In this document: positions 15,459-29,200 of the stretch, piece by piece | Layout: each line of letters begins with the position of its first letter | Position numbering within the stretch: position 1 is the stretch's first letter | NCBI GenBank assembly: GCA_001949185.1 | Contig: BDGG01000004.1 | Coordinates: 2,732,912 to 2,796,911 of the forward strand | Reading direction: 5' to 3' | DNA length: 64,000 bases | DNA from: Ramazzottius varieornatus | Lineage: Eukaryota; Animalia; Tardigrada | Notes under the pieces: generated by a model | Database searches by the model: none | Told to the model about the DNA's origin: nothing | Seen by the model: only the letters and a program-made list of their open reading frames with translations | Translations under genes and position numbers: made by a program

Positions 15459-18401
15459 TCAATTTCTGGAATTTATTTCCCCATAAAGGAGAAAACGGTG
15501 GTCGAGAGTGGGGCAACTTAACAGATCTGGTGCGCCAAGCACCACTTCATCATGCACCGTGAATTCAACGGTGGGCTGAACCGGTTGCTTCTTCGGCGCT
15601 GTGGAACAGAATCTCGCGGGACATGCCATGGAATAGAATAACCACTCACGGATATCTCGAACACAAATACGCTGGTACAGAAAGAATGGGATATCACAGG
15701 CACAATAATCCTGAAAAGTCCTATTGCCTATGATTACAGGTTCTTCCACCTTTTCTTCGACTTCAACGTCCCAGAAAGAAGACTTGTTCTCCTTCCCAGC
15801 TTGCGAATGCCGCCGCTTCTTCTTTCTTCTAAACTTGTCGGAGTCTTTAGTCAGTCCCAACATGAACGGTACATTCAAGTTATCCCGGACAGACTTTAAA
15901 AACGAGTTGGCTGCTTTGTTATCTGCCGAGCAACACTGGACGGCGGACAAATCGAACGGATGGGCTTCCGTGTTGAAAACGAAGCTACCCGAGGACAAGA
16001 CGCATGATGATTTTTCTCGCTCCAAGACTTCGGCAGTCCCATCGTCAGTGTGGATGAAGTTGTCCTCGTCGAACAACAGGTATAGGTACTTGATCGTTTC
16101 CGCCAGGAAGAACGACTCCATGCGGTTCTCCAGGTTATGAGTTTCAACGTTCTTCACCTGCAAAACAAAATCTTCGACGTCGCTCCATTACTATTCGGGT
16201 TCACCAAATCAAGAAGAATATACCGTAGCGTATCCACAGGGAACTCGAGCTATCGTTTCGATCGATTCGACAATTTGCGCTCCGAAGTGCAGGAGCATTG
16301 GATCTTTAGTCGATCGGTATAAGTGGTAAATACTTTCTATCAGTTCTGCAAGTGGAAATAATCGAATGAATATTACGAAGTCGGTTCCAAGCACACTACG
16401 AATAACACGTACAGTACCTGGTCGAAGCGGATAACCTTCGCGGCCACGAACAACTTTAGCTTTGACAACATCGAAGAATTCCGGAGTGAAACCGTAGTGT
16501 CGCCATAAGTTCATGTAGTGCATCAAGGAGCGATACGCAGGTTCGATATCTCCAATGCCCGCCAGTATACCAGGCCAGAATGCTTCCAATGACTGGAAGA
16601 AGGCCATTGTGATGTGTGTGGAAAGAGATGAGACCCAGAAAAACCTGCAGATCAAACATCAACGTTAGTTTTCCTGCTGAGCAAGAGCACAGCTAAATAA
16701 AACCATCCGGTCTTTTTGCGTACCAGTCATCGTGGTTGACGTATTTGTGAATAGCGTCCATGCTATCTATCAGTAACAAAAAACCAATCCTTGTCGAGGA
16801 ACAACCGCTGACAAGTTATGTAGAAAAAGGTTCCGAGACAAACCGAGAAGAATGGCCATCAGTTCGGGGCTTTGAAATGCAGCAGCGCCCTATAGCGAAA
16901 GAAGACCATTGGTTTCACGAAGCACGAATTGTATCGAAGTATCATTCATGCCTTAGCTAAGTACTCGAACATGGAATCCACTCCTGCAGAACAATACATA
17001 AATGTGGCAAGTCAAAGAGTTCGACGATTGAGCAAATTAAGGTCCTTCTCAAAGCACTTCTCGCTTACCGGCTCCGATTCCAGCGTCAAGAGCTTTCCAT
17101 TGGCCCGTCTGGACGTCAATGTGGTTACCCAGCTGTAAACTTTGCACGTTAAAAAGTCACCGATGTCACCCACTAGGTACGACAGAATGATGGGCATCCG
17201 AACTAACCAGTCCAAATTTGGTCCTTGTGGACCACATGGCTCGGACAGCCCTCATAGCGACGTCCTCGTACAGGGGATTGCCCGTAAGGCGACTAAGAAC
17301 CCCGAACTCCAACACGAAGGTCGCTACTCCAGCTGTACAAGTCACTGGGGTCTCCTCCTTCGGTACTCCATGAATTAAGTTCACCTAAGAACAAGAAAGC
17401 TTTTCGTCATATTGTTATAAAATGATGATTGGGATCAATATATGACAAAGCAATCCGGGAGTCTGTCCAAATGCAAATTCAGCCATGATGCGTCCCACTT
17501 ACAGTACCGTATGGCATTCCCGTGTTGGTATTGAATGCTACAGGAAGAAATTTCGCAATTACATTGGTTACAAGGCCGGGAAAATCGGAAAAACCACAGA
17601 GTTGTACCGATACCCGGAAGCAATCTTTGCGCGGCATCTTCCGCTAGTTGGAGGAGCCTTCCAGAACATGGCCATTCCGCCTCAACTTGCATTTCGATAC
17701 GGTGAGCCATAAGATGTGCAGCGAGTAACCCACCGACCACTGTATGGAAACGCATAATGTCCCATCCCTCGAGAACCCAAATGTCACGGACTCACAGTAT
17801 TCCAAAATTAATCTACGATCATATCAATCGTACCTGCCTCTGATGTTGGTTTCGAAGACGGAAACGTCCACATCCTTGTCGAAGCGTAAAGTGCTGGTCA
17901 AGTGATTTGTCACTCTCCGAAATTCAGTGTAGTTCCCCATAACTGCGAGTGTGTCCAATGCATCGATCAGCGTCAAGGAGTAACTGAAACAAAACGATAC
18001 AATGACACTGCGTTTGCAGACATTTAATAGGCGGCTGCCACAGGACATGGACATCCTACTAACCTTCCCCAGGTGTCGACGCCGTTGCATGTAAGTGGAC
18101 GGAGCTCGTCGTAGGGAAATGCATTGTGCAAATACGAATCGTATGCATGGTAGAACATTTTCTCTACGCGATGCCTGCAACGAAGACAATTTGCACAGTC
18201 CGTTTGTTATATGCCATTACCATAGTTGAACTAAGCGCCGGAAGTGTGTCGAAGATGCAAGGCTTACCTATAGTGTTCCTGTCTTTGACGGTCGAATTTG
18301 ATGTAGCCATCTGCTCTGGGCACGCAGAAGCTGGACAATATCAAAAAGAGCGGTACAGAGCTCCGGCGGTACTGCCGCAGTGAATCGGAAACCATGACCA
18401 T
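15459..18401 (-). CDS. EDEM2: ER degradation-enhancing alpha-mannosidase-like protein 2 (GH47), multi-exon
   Basis: MFYHAYDSY...YDELRPLTC; [22 protein letters not shown]; VSVFETNIR; [14 protein letters not shown]; [10 protein letters not shown]; GYPLRPELIES; [21 protein letters not shown]; FNTEAHP. Confidence 0.95.
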
Positions 18402-18977
18402 GAGGCTTTAGTGATAATGGATACTGCGGCAGATGAGCTTCTGGAAGTGTCTGGAGCGCCTCCGACGTCTTAGCCAGTGTAAAGGATCAAGAAGTCTTGT
18501 AGACCGTTGCGGACCATTTTTGTCCAAGAGGATAAAGGCAACACTGGCAACACGCGTCTCTTATTCCTACTCGAACCGTGGAACGTTTGATATCTTGAAG
18601 ACAGATAGGATTATCTATTTGATGGCGCAGAATCCGCTGAATTTCAGATCATCATTCGATTTTCACGTTCCTCGCATGACATGACATAATGTCATCAAGT
18701 TGGCTCTCTTACCGATATTCGGCGTCATAACGAGATCATTGGTACCGGTACTCGTAGCTCATAATTATTTTTCTTCGCCATCTTCTCGTAATTCCGAACT
18801 TGCAGTTTATTTGTGAGATCCATACTTCTCGAGCTTCCGTACAGACATACTCTTACGTGCAAACCACATCGCATCTCGTTCCCTCTTGCTACGACGACTC
18901 CGGCGAGGACATATTGACGGACAGTTTATCCGATAGAAGAACTTCGGAAGCCACGGATCGCTCAAGAGAATCCAACA

Positions 18978-19510
18978 ATGGAAGCAGATCCAGAACTTAC
19001 TAAGGTACCTTATACCGTAAAGAGCCCATAGAGTGCCAGTTATGCAGCTGTCGTTGCTTTCCACTCAGGAAAGCTGAACGTTAGCGTCGGAAGACATCCA
19101 TGTAATCACGTTCTGACACTTCGCGTACTGTATAAGCAGTACACGTGTATACCGTTATATTGCAGGCTTTTCAAGAGCTACAGGCGAAGAAAGTCGAGGC
19201 TGTTCAGCATCTGGACTCTTTAGATGCCAAGATCGCCGGTACTGCCCGCGCAGTGAAAATTTCGGAATTAACTTTGGCGGAAGTGGCTCAACAGGACGCG
19301 TCTGCTAAACTGTATCGAAACGTCGGACGAGCGTACTTTCTGTCGTCGAAAGACAAGATGGAAGATCTGTTCCGCTCGAAAGTGACAAGATTATCCGAGA
19401 ACATTCGTAACTTTAACGACAGCAAAGTTGCCATAAACAACGAACTGAAGGAAGCAGAAAACTCGATCCGCGAACTGATAACAAAGAAACGACAAGGACC
19501 TTCCTCATAG
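18978..19510 (+). CDS. PFDN1: Prefoldin subunit 1 (2 exons)
   Basis: MEADPELTK|AFQELQAKKV...LYRNVGRAYFLS...LKEAENSIRELI; GT-AG intron 19005-19165. Confidence 0.9.
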
Positions 19511-20629
19511 CTGTCCATTTTACAGTTAACTGCATGCCTCTGCGTCGTTCTCTACTCTCTCAAGCCATCTTTGACGTTGCTTTATAACCCAGTATTTTGT
19601 TTTGGGTCTGGCCCAGATTGTAAGAAGGGTTTCCGCAAATGACTTTACAAAATTTTGATCGGGATTCGGAATCCACTGCGGTTCCATCGCGCCCACGAAC
19701 TGTAAGAACCGATAGCGCAACTGCTTTAAGCCGATAGTACTTAAACCCATCGACTTTGTCCACTATGAAGTATCAGAACCAATCGCCTTTTTCCTCTTCT
19801 TTGGCCAGAATTCGCAGGTTTCGTCCGGATCGGGCGAAAAACACTGGTTTGCCATCATACACCAGATACTTTAAAGTGTCAATGACGGGGGACAGGTTTG
19901 GGTCCGGGTGCGTGCAAAAAGACCGCGCGGATGGTGGGTGAAATATCTGGTCAACGTGTGTATCGATCACCTGATCGCTATGACATGACACATAACAGCC
20001 AAAACGGCGCGTACCGGGGGATTCTTTACGCGGACCCGGACCAATCTTGTCCCACTTCATTGGCACTTTAAAGTACGTGAGTGCCTGCGTGACATGACAT
20101 GATATGACGTTACGTACTGTATGTCATGATCGTTATCGCGTTTGTTATATTTTCATGAAATTGGATTTCTTATACTCGTAATCAGAGTTCCCAGCTATAA
20201 CCATATTTGTAAATTTCCTAAACGACCTTCTGCGAATGAATCTTCCTCAAACATTAATTTCTGCACATACTTCTCGGCCAAATCTGAAGAACTTGTTGTC
20301 GGACGAGGTACAGCAGTCGTCTCCACTGGCTCCAGATTTCTTCGAAGAGACGGAGTCGCTGCGAGAGATACGACTTTCGCACGGATCAGTTTTATCAGTT
20401 CCTATCTGCTGATCTTGCGGGTGGTTTGGATATCGTCCTGCGCTACAGTCGAATTACAGGTACATAAGTATAGTCAGGAAGCAGCTGATAGTCTGCTACC
20501 CTACCCAAGTGCTCACTACAAGTATCCGTTTCTTCACGCTTGCTAAGTACAATGTATATATACTGCGATAAGATATCAGCCAAAATATGCCCAGTAACGA
20601 CCGAATAACGAGCACTCTTCACTTTACAG

Positions 20630-20665
20630 GTTCGAATAACCGAATGACTTATTCGAACATCACTA
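20630..20665. repeat. 10-bp perfect inverted repeat followed by ATCACTA; possible transposon-end remnant
   Basis: GTTCGAATAA (20630-39) / TTATTCGAAC (20649-58), 9-nt loop; another CGAATAA at ~20602. Confidence 0.4.
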
Positions 20666-23207
20666 TGGTATGAATCGAATACGGAATTTTACAGAGGACG
20701 GACAGCAACATTTTTTCTGCATGGTCAGCATGAAGATCGATGCAGTCTAAATAACGCCTCAATTTCGGAATTACCACAGCCGCAGGTATGTTTAAGTGCA
20801 CACCACGAGTGTCGTCTTGAGCTCGATCTTTGTTGGAAATATTATGCGCTCCTCAGACAAGCCCCTGGATGAGTGATATGAGAGCGAAAGGAAAATTCTG
20901 GTTTTTGCCGCCGGCCAGCTAATTGAGATTGCCGCCGATATCCAATAAGGTTGTCAAAGTTGCTGTGAAGGTGAAACGTTCATCTCCTTCCGGCTGTTCG
21001 GGTTCTTGTAACCTCTTCTGTTGCTTGTTTATGTGATCTTCCGAGTTGGTTTTCCTGAAGCTGAGAAGGAAGCAATACGCGCTCGAAGCTGTGGTTCCAC
21101 TTTCCAGCCTGCGTAACTGTGCCACACGTGACGGGTTCTTATGACATCTTTGGGCGTAAACGTTTACGCACGAAGCTCGAGAAGAGTCGTTATCACGCGA
21201 GACGGATGAATTATCGGAGCGACCTAGCCATTCTGAAGCTTGATTAATAACAGTTTTGATGATTGACAGCGGTTGAATCTAAAGATCTGTCCAAACTTGT
21301 CGGGTCGAACAGGTCGCTTAACTGCCCCATTTATGCCGTACTGCTGAGCTATGGAGCTCCACTCGATCGATGTGACTCGTAACTGTAAGTTTTTGGTTCA
21401 GGCAGAAATGCTGCTTTTTAATCTCACTTTTTTTTCAGGCTCGGAAACGAGCGAAAGGTTCTTCGTGGTATTCGGCGCTCTTCAAAAGGCTTTCGAAAGG
21501 CGTAGTCTGTCTAGCGAGTGAGATTGAGAGGTTCACACTTATCGACAGCAATCTCGAGAAGGGAAAACAAGGAAGTTTGGCTTCAGAATGAGGAATGAGT
21601 ATTGATCGTAAGGCCCGTACACACGGGATCCTAGCATCGAAGGGATGACCAGCAGACGATAGGGAAGCCGGACTAGAATGTAGAGAGTAGTGGTGTAAAT
21701 GGTGAGGTTGAAAGGAAGGCTGTCACATGCAAAGCGATGATGGAAGAGCCCGCGACGACGTCAAATATTTGGTTATGTAATGGATAATGAGCCCAAGTTT
21801 GAGTTGGTGGATACACTCCTTAGTACGCAGGAACAGTATATAGAGTGGTATTTTTGTTCCTTATCACTCTGCTTATAGCTGCGGTTGGCGATAGCGATGC
21901 TTTGAAGTGAGGGCGATATCTACGAAAAACTGAGTAAAAAGTGAACCAATGAACGCGAGAGTGGAGATCTTTCTGGCCGTGCGGTGCGGCTCTCTATAAT
22001 CTCAGCAGGGATGTTGTTCACACTTCATCGTCTATTTTGCTTCTTTGCGGTGTTCCGCACCGATGCATCGTCAAAATATTCGATACAGCATCATTGCTTG
22101 TTTTATTGCTGACATGTTTGATATCGTTCGGACGTATTAAACCGGTCTTGTTCTCTCACGTAGGTACCGGCCATTATCCTGCGAGTTTTTTCGGCTCTTC
22201 GGTTTTCGATGAGAGAAGACATAGTGGCAGAACATAATATTGATCGTGCTCTCTGTGATGCCTTTGGTTCCAGGTCGGTGCTTGTGTTTAAAACATTGCT
22301 CTCATTGCTGGATATAAACGTCCGTAAACTGGACTATGTAAACTCAACTTTGTTTTGTACTGTACAGTCCTACAAGGGGATCTTTCGGTGCTTCGTGGCA
22401 TAATTGACAATGAAGCCTTGTAAGGCTGACCGCCGTTTATGACTCGAAGGAGCTATAGCTAAGTTGACGTCGGATGTGAACCCGATATGTTGTTGGTGAT
22501 CCGATTTATACACAGCCGCCATCATCGATGTGCGTTGTGTATAGTGTGTGTGATGGTCCTCCTCATCTTGAATGTCATTTCCGCCCAGTTTATAAAAGGC
22601 AATCTAGTACACATCAACGCTCCGCTAACCCCTCCTGACACTCTGTCAGCAGCAGAGTTTATCTGCTGGCGCAATTTGCCTGCAGTATACCTTTGAGCGG
22701 CGAGGTGCGCAACCCCCATCGGAAATTGTTGGGCATTCGAATTTATCTTTTGAAGTACTGTATACTGATAACGGAAGCTTCCTCGTTGATATTTAAGGCC
22801 TCCGGCTGAGTGAGTCCGGCAGCTGATCTTTTACGCTGTGGGACATTTGCAGGAAAATCTAATCTGATGGACTTTGAAGAAAGTCACTTGACTAATATGA
22901 AATCAAGATTATCCCAAAAAATTTCAGTATCCGAAATTTTTGAATTTTCTATTGTTGTCTAAATACACGGGATTCTGGTTCATGCTAAGTCTGGTGGAGT
23001 TGAAAGTAGGTAAACTAACTATTTTTCCCGCGTTGTTAGTTGGGTCGTAGGCGCGTAGATTGTGGTTGAAAGGGGTATTCAGAAAAAACATGTCGAGCTC
23101 AAACGCCCACTTTAATTTGTGTTTATCCATCCTTATTACCTGTACTGTAGCTCGCAACAATAGTAAATTAATTTTCTAACGGTTTTCTCGGTCTTGCAGG
23201 ACTCACA

Positions 23208-26200
23208 ATGAGCGTTCGTGAGAGTAAGCGCCGGCAGAAGGGAAAGGAAGAGCTTCCCAAAATCGATCCATCCGAGGAAGTAGCCGACGACGTGATTAAG
23301 GACATCGTCAAAGGCCGCACAGGTAACGTTTTCTGCGTCAGTCGGGGATCCTCGAGAGTGATCTCAGCAAATTTGGCTAATTTACGCTTAGTTCTGCGTG
23401 CGGAGAAGTTGTCCTCGGGAAAAAAACACTTGACATGATTGTGGGTCGAAAATTCGCTCCATGTTGGTACAGTAATCGAGCCGGAAGTGCCGGAACTTCA
23501 AGAAACCGTACGCGAGCACTGTGGATGGTTTGACATTGAGGAGCTACGGGAGACGAATATTAGGGAATTTGGTCGTGCGAAGTGGAACGGAGAATTGATT
23601 TGTCTGGCGATGGATGGAAGACAAAGTGATTTCTCTAATGGATTGAACTTGTTCCCCGTCGGGCTCGACGGTCGGAGACACGTGTCGGCACTTTTTCCGC
23701 TCTAAGTGGTTGAAACCAGCGCAGCATACGATTGTCTTCGAGAAACCTTTTCGGAGTTCCAGGCTCAAAAATCTTGCATTCACATGTGGCTTGCATTCAC
23801 ATGTGGCTTGCATTCACATTTCCGAAATGCGTATCAATATAATAGCATTTGAAAGACCGGCAAACGAAACGTATAGGGCCGATATTCCCAGTGGCGCACT
23901 GTTTCAGCCAAAGACAGTGGAAACATGCGCCAGTTGGATTACTGATCTTGCACGTTTCATTTGCTAACCTCCCCTCTTTGTACTTGTGCTTTTTTCGAGT
24001 CCCTTTCGCATTACGAAATGACATTGTTGATATGGTGGGAACATAAGGAGGACAACAGTTTGTTGATATTATGTGAGGTAACACTAGGAGCAAAAGTAGC
24101 GATTGCTCATTATGGACCACATGGTCATGCAAATTAGCAGAGAAATTTAAGTGACATGCACAGGGTCACAGTGGTGCACTTCACTATCAAAGCATCCGTC
24201 ATATGCTGACCCAACTTCTCTTTCTTCGGCACTTATCAGTGCTAGCATAATTGCTATATTGATGTGATCCATATTTCTGTGATGCAAGTTTGCCGTCGAG
24301 CTAATTCACCGACAGCCGACGGCCAGAAATACAGCCTGTGCATCTCTTTGATGGCTTTTAACTTAATTTTTATGTGTACTGTGCTGAGGCGACCAAAGTT
24401 TCCAAATGTGGGTCCGTCACGGCTGAAACTCTTGTCCGCGTCGCTATCTTCACGCAGATACATCATAGAACAAAGAGAATCTTTGAGGACGAACTCACGG
24501 CGTACTGTAAACGGAAGGCAGGGAAGGTCTTGGTTAAAAATAGTAATTGGTGTTTTTGGAGGAGGTCGCCGCCTGGGTTTCGGAACCCGCGCAGAAATCA
24601 CAAGGCTGCAGCCATCGTAATCCTCTTTTGTTGTTTCAGATGAGCAAGAACGAATCCAGCAGAAAGTGTTCGGCAGATGGATCAACTCGCGTTTCGCAAA
24701 GGTGAAACAGGGCTTTTTCTACCATACTGCACGGTTGAAAGTACCGTTTGTCGATATTACGTATGGTCATAAAGAAGAGCTGGTATGAATTATGCTAACT
24801 TAGAGTTGTGTTGACAGACCATCGAAAAGTAACCCTTGTACCTGTGCGTTTGTGATTACCCTGTCAATCTCCCTTGGGCCGTGAAACTACGCGATAGAGA
24901 ATCGCGTTATTACGCTTGTCGTTGTGCATTGTAGGCGAACAGTCCCCTGCGCGTTGATGATCTCTTTCAAGACTTCCGCACCGGAGTAACCCTCGCTGCT
25001 TTGGTGGAACTCATAACGGGGATCAAAGTGGTGATTTCATCTCAAATCTTGATCCTTTCTTTATTACTGATAAATAGCCTTTATTGTTGTTAGCCTGTCG
25101 AGAAGGGTCGTACCCGATTCGCCTGTGCGTCGAATATCTCGTCGGCGCTTGAAGTCCTCCAGAACGAAGTGAGATTCCACTTGACAATGCACTCATCAAG
25201 TGCTCACCGACTGCCGATTGCGTTCTCACGCCTAACCTTGTGATTGTTTTGCAGATTAAGCTGGTGAGTGTCTCTACCGAGGATATTGAAGAAGGCAACA
25301 GCAAGCTGACTTTAGCGCTCACTTGGTCCATCATTCAGCACTATTACGTGAGTTTAAAGCATCCTGCCGAATAATCTATACCGTATTTTCTATATTTCGC
25401 TCGAGAAAGAACCGATCGCCTGTTTCATGAATGTTTTCCTTGAAATGTAGGTGAAACGCCTTGGTAGTACCGTCAGCGACCTCCGAGTGAACAATTTGGA
25501 GAAGACTCTTCTATGCTGGTGTCAGTTAGCCACCAAGGGGTAAGTGCTGGACATTCAGGGAAACTTCCGCGTATATAATCGTTACAATGAACGATTTTAT
25601 TTCTTCTAGATATGCTCATGTTGACGTCAAGAACTTGCATACCTCCTGGACCGACGGTCTAGCCTTTAATGCTGTGATACATAAATACCGGTAACTTTCG
25701 GACTATCGGCTTTTGCGAGAAGTGCGTTAATTGAAATTGCGGAAGTTTCATCGACGCTGTTGTTTTTTACCAGTGAGGACCTGTTCAAGTACAGTGATCT
25801 GTTAAGCAATACGGCTAAAGTTAACCTTCGCCACGCCTTTGATCTAGCAGCACAGCACTTGGACGTGCCCCGCTTACTGGAACCGGAAGGTAAGTCTTCA
25901 TTTCTGATCTGCTGCCTCGTGATTGTGCTCGATAAATTAGTTCGTTTTTTAGATCTTCTACAAAGTTATGTGGACCAGAAAAGCATTGTGATATATTTAT
26001 TGTGTCTTCTGGAGTCGCTACCTCACGAGAGCATGGAAATGAATGCGGTGACATCGGTTTCCATGTTGGAAACGAACGTACGCTAAGCAATTTTTTATAG
26101 TGCTGGCTGTCTGCTGGGTAACCTTTAACCTTGCCTGATTCTAGCCGGCGGCAGGCGATGCGGATTCCAACCGAACATATCAGAGTTCAGCGGAAGCCGT

Positions 26201-29200
26201 TTTGGCCTGGCTTTTGGCAGCGGAAGAGAAACTTGATCGCAGTGAGATATCGGAGTCGCTCGAAGAAACAACCCAGCTGTGGAACGATCATGAAGTATGA
26301 GATCCTCATCCATAGGCCTTGGTTCCACTCGGCGGCTTTGTAATTCACCGACTTTACTTCAGGCCCTGTTGGGGGAGATATCAATGCAGGAGAGTGTTGT
26401 CCAGAAAGTATTGGATCACGGTGCCAAACTCCTCCAACGCATAAAGAGCCAACCAAAGCAGTCGGCTGAAGTGGAGAATTCTCTCACGCTGCTGATGGAG
26501 CGGTGGGAGAACCTTCGGAGTAAAGCCACAGAAAGATCACACCTGTGAGTATTGGTACTTCAACCGTTCATAATTAGTCGGTCAGTTCCGACTCGTACGA
26601 GTAATAGCTGACTGAATGTTTCTCTTTTCCGCAGGTTACAAAGGATGATATCCGTTTTGCAGCAGGAGCATCTGAAAGAGGTGGATAGCTGGTTACAAGA
26701 TACCGAGAAGCGTGTTAACTCGCTAAAAGCCAATACAACATCCATCGAAAGTATGGACGCGCAACTTCGAGAACTCTCGGTACGATGGAATGTTCGACTA
26801 TCTTACAATGGAATATTCGATCTTCAACGAAATTGCTTCTGTTTAGAAACTTCAGGACGATCTGGAGAAACAGCTGCTCGTCATGAACAGATTATTGCGA
26901 GTTCTTTTTGTTGGAGAGATTTCGGAGAACGAAGGTGCGTATCGTTTTGCCAGCTTCAAATTCATTCACATTGAAACTATACATTTGCGTGAACGTAACT
27001 TATTTTGCCGTCTTTTGTAGCTTTGGAATCGAAGCTACTAGGTTTCCGGCAGCGGTGGGACGAGATTTGCCACTGGACCGAATTCCAGTGGGCGTTTGTG
27101 CAACGTATTCGGAATACTTACGATGAGTTTTCCAAATTGTGTGCCGCATGTGGCGAATGGATAGCAGGTCGAATTGAGCTTCTTCAGAGTCTTCCCAGAC
27201 TAACGGACGAACGTGTGCAGTGGGTGCAGAGGAACCTCGACATGCTCCAGGTATGTTTGCATAACATACCAGTTTACTTATTGACGTTATGCACCGTTCA
27301 ATTACAACTTGTCGTGACCTGTTTAGGAGTTGCATGACCAGATGGCGGACCAGCAGGAGAGTATCCAGGACCTGCAGGAAAAGTCCGAAGTCTTGCTGGG
27401 TTACTTCACGCCGCAAACTTCTGTCGGCATGCAGATCCGGCATCGCGAAGAGAAGATTAGTTCCGACTGGAATATCCTGGTGGACCTTCTAGAAGTCCTG
27501 ACTGCGGATGTACGACATGATCTTCATATGTTACCTCTCTTACTTGTTAAAGTAAGAGTTCTTCTAATCGTGTTGAATGGGCTTCAGGTCGACTTGCGGT
27601 TCGAGAAAGCGGATGAGTTACGTACATCGAAGCTTCGGCAGTCGAAACGTTACTCAGACCACGTTGACACCGCGACTGTTTTCACGCAATCTTCGGAAGA
27701 AACGGAACCCAAAACTAAGAAAGCTCGTCAAGAAGAGGAGGACGAAGGCGTCTTGGAGAACTGCAACGTTCTCATCGACTGGTTAGAGGAGCAGAGCGAG
27801 CTGTTGGATAAACAAAATGGCGGTTCCCTTTTGACGAGCCAGACAATCAAGGATGAGATCAAGGCAAAGGAGCTCGAATACAACAGCGTGCGCATGCTGG
27901 CAGAGACTGTCATCGCAGAAAAGCGAAAAAGTACGACTTCGCGTGTCACAACGTATGTTCCTCTGGCTAACGAAATTCGCTTTGGTTTTAGTGAATGTTC
28001 CCTTCGAAGAGGTCGAAAACAAGCTGAACGAACTGGCAGCCGCGTGGAGCAGAGCGGAAGCATGGAACATGGATGCTGACAATGATATTCAGATGAAAGA
28101 CGATGAACTGACCATGAACAGCAATCTGGAGGTCTTGAAGGATGTCTTGATCAGTTGTCAAAGTGCTGTGGATAGACTGACTACGGACAAGGACCCACTT
28201 CCTGGTCGGATCGAGCAGGACCTGACCGATTGCAAGGTTTGCACGAGTCCATGTCACGGAAGATCTTCTCCTCTCGATTATGCTCTAATTAAGTTCGCTC
28301 TACAGGATCGGCTTCATTTGATAGAGTTGAACAGCGAACGGTTCAAAGAGACGGCCGGACTGGTTGATAAAGTCAGCAACGACCTGCGAACTTCTCCAAC
28401 CAGCTCCACTGATATCGAATCCTCTTGGGCCGAAGTCGCGAAACGATGGCAGGTCGTCAAACAGTCGCTTGGTAAGTCGCTGTTAGCGAGGCATTGAGCT
28501 TGGCCAGCTGATAACACCTTACCACGATTCTTCTGTTGACGTAGGGGATCTGGAGAAAAGATTGTCCGACTTCAAAGAGAACCAGCCTGTCCGACTGTTC
28601 TTGGCAGAAATCGAATCCCTTCTGGCTTGGACGAATGGTATACATCAGTCCCTGATGGAAGAACCTCCATTACGACCGACCTATCTGGACCGAATGGAAG
28701 AGCTACTACGTCGCTACCAGAGTATCCAGAATGCCGTCAATCAGCATCAGCAGAGTCTGGAGCTGGCCAACTTACCGCCGAAGCAGCTGGTTGAGAAGCT
28801 GTCCGGCACAAACTATCAAATGAGTCTGCTTGACTTGAATGCAAAGTGGAAAGACATCCTCCAGTACCTGCAGCACAACACGGAAGAAATGACCAAATGG
28901 ATTGAGAATCTTCGAGACTTTCAGGTGGATGTGGAAGGACTGAAGCAGTGGATGGCTGACGTCAACTCATTCCTCGATATCGACACGGAATCCGTCGACG
29001 ACCCACAAGCCTTCTCGGCCTTGCAAGAACAGTTCCAGGTGAGAACCACCTGATTAACTTCCAGTCGTATTACGGGTCGTATAGGAATGCTTTTCAGGGT
29101 TTGGAAGAAGACATCAAGGCCTTGTCGCCAACGACCGACAAGCTGATGGAAGCAGGTCGGCTGTTTTTGCGATCCAGTCACGAAGACTTTGTGGAGGATA

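Noticed and set aside
20680-21125. Minus-strand ORF fragments upstream of dystrophin
   Set aside because: Multiple stops, no recognisable domain, no consistent splice model.
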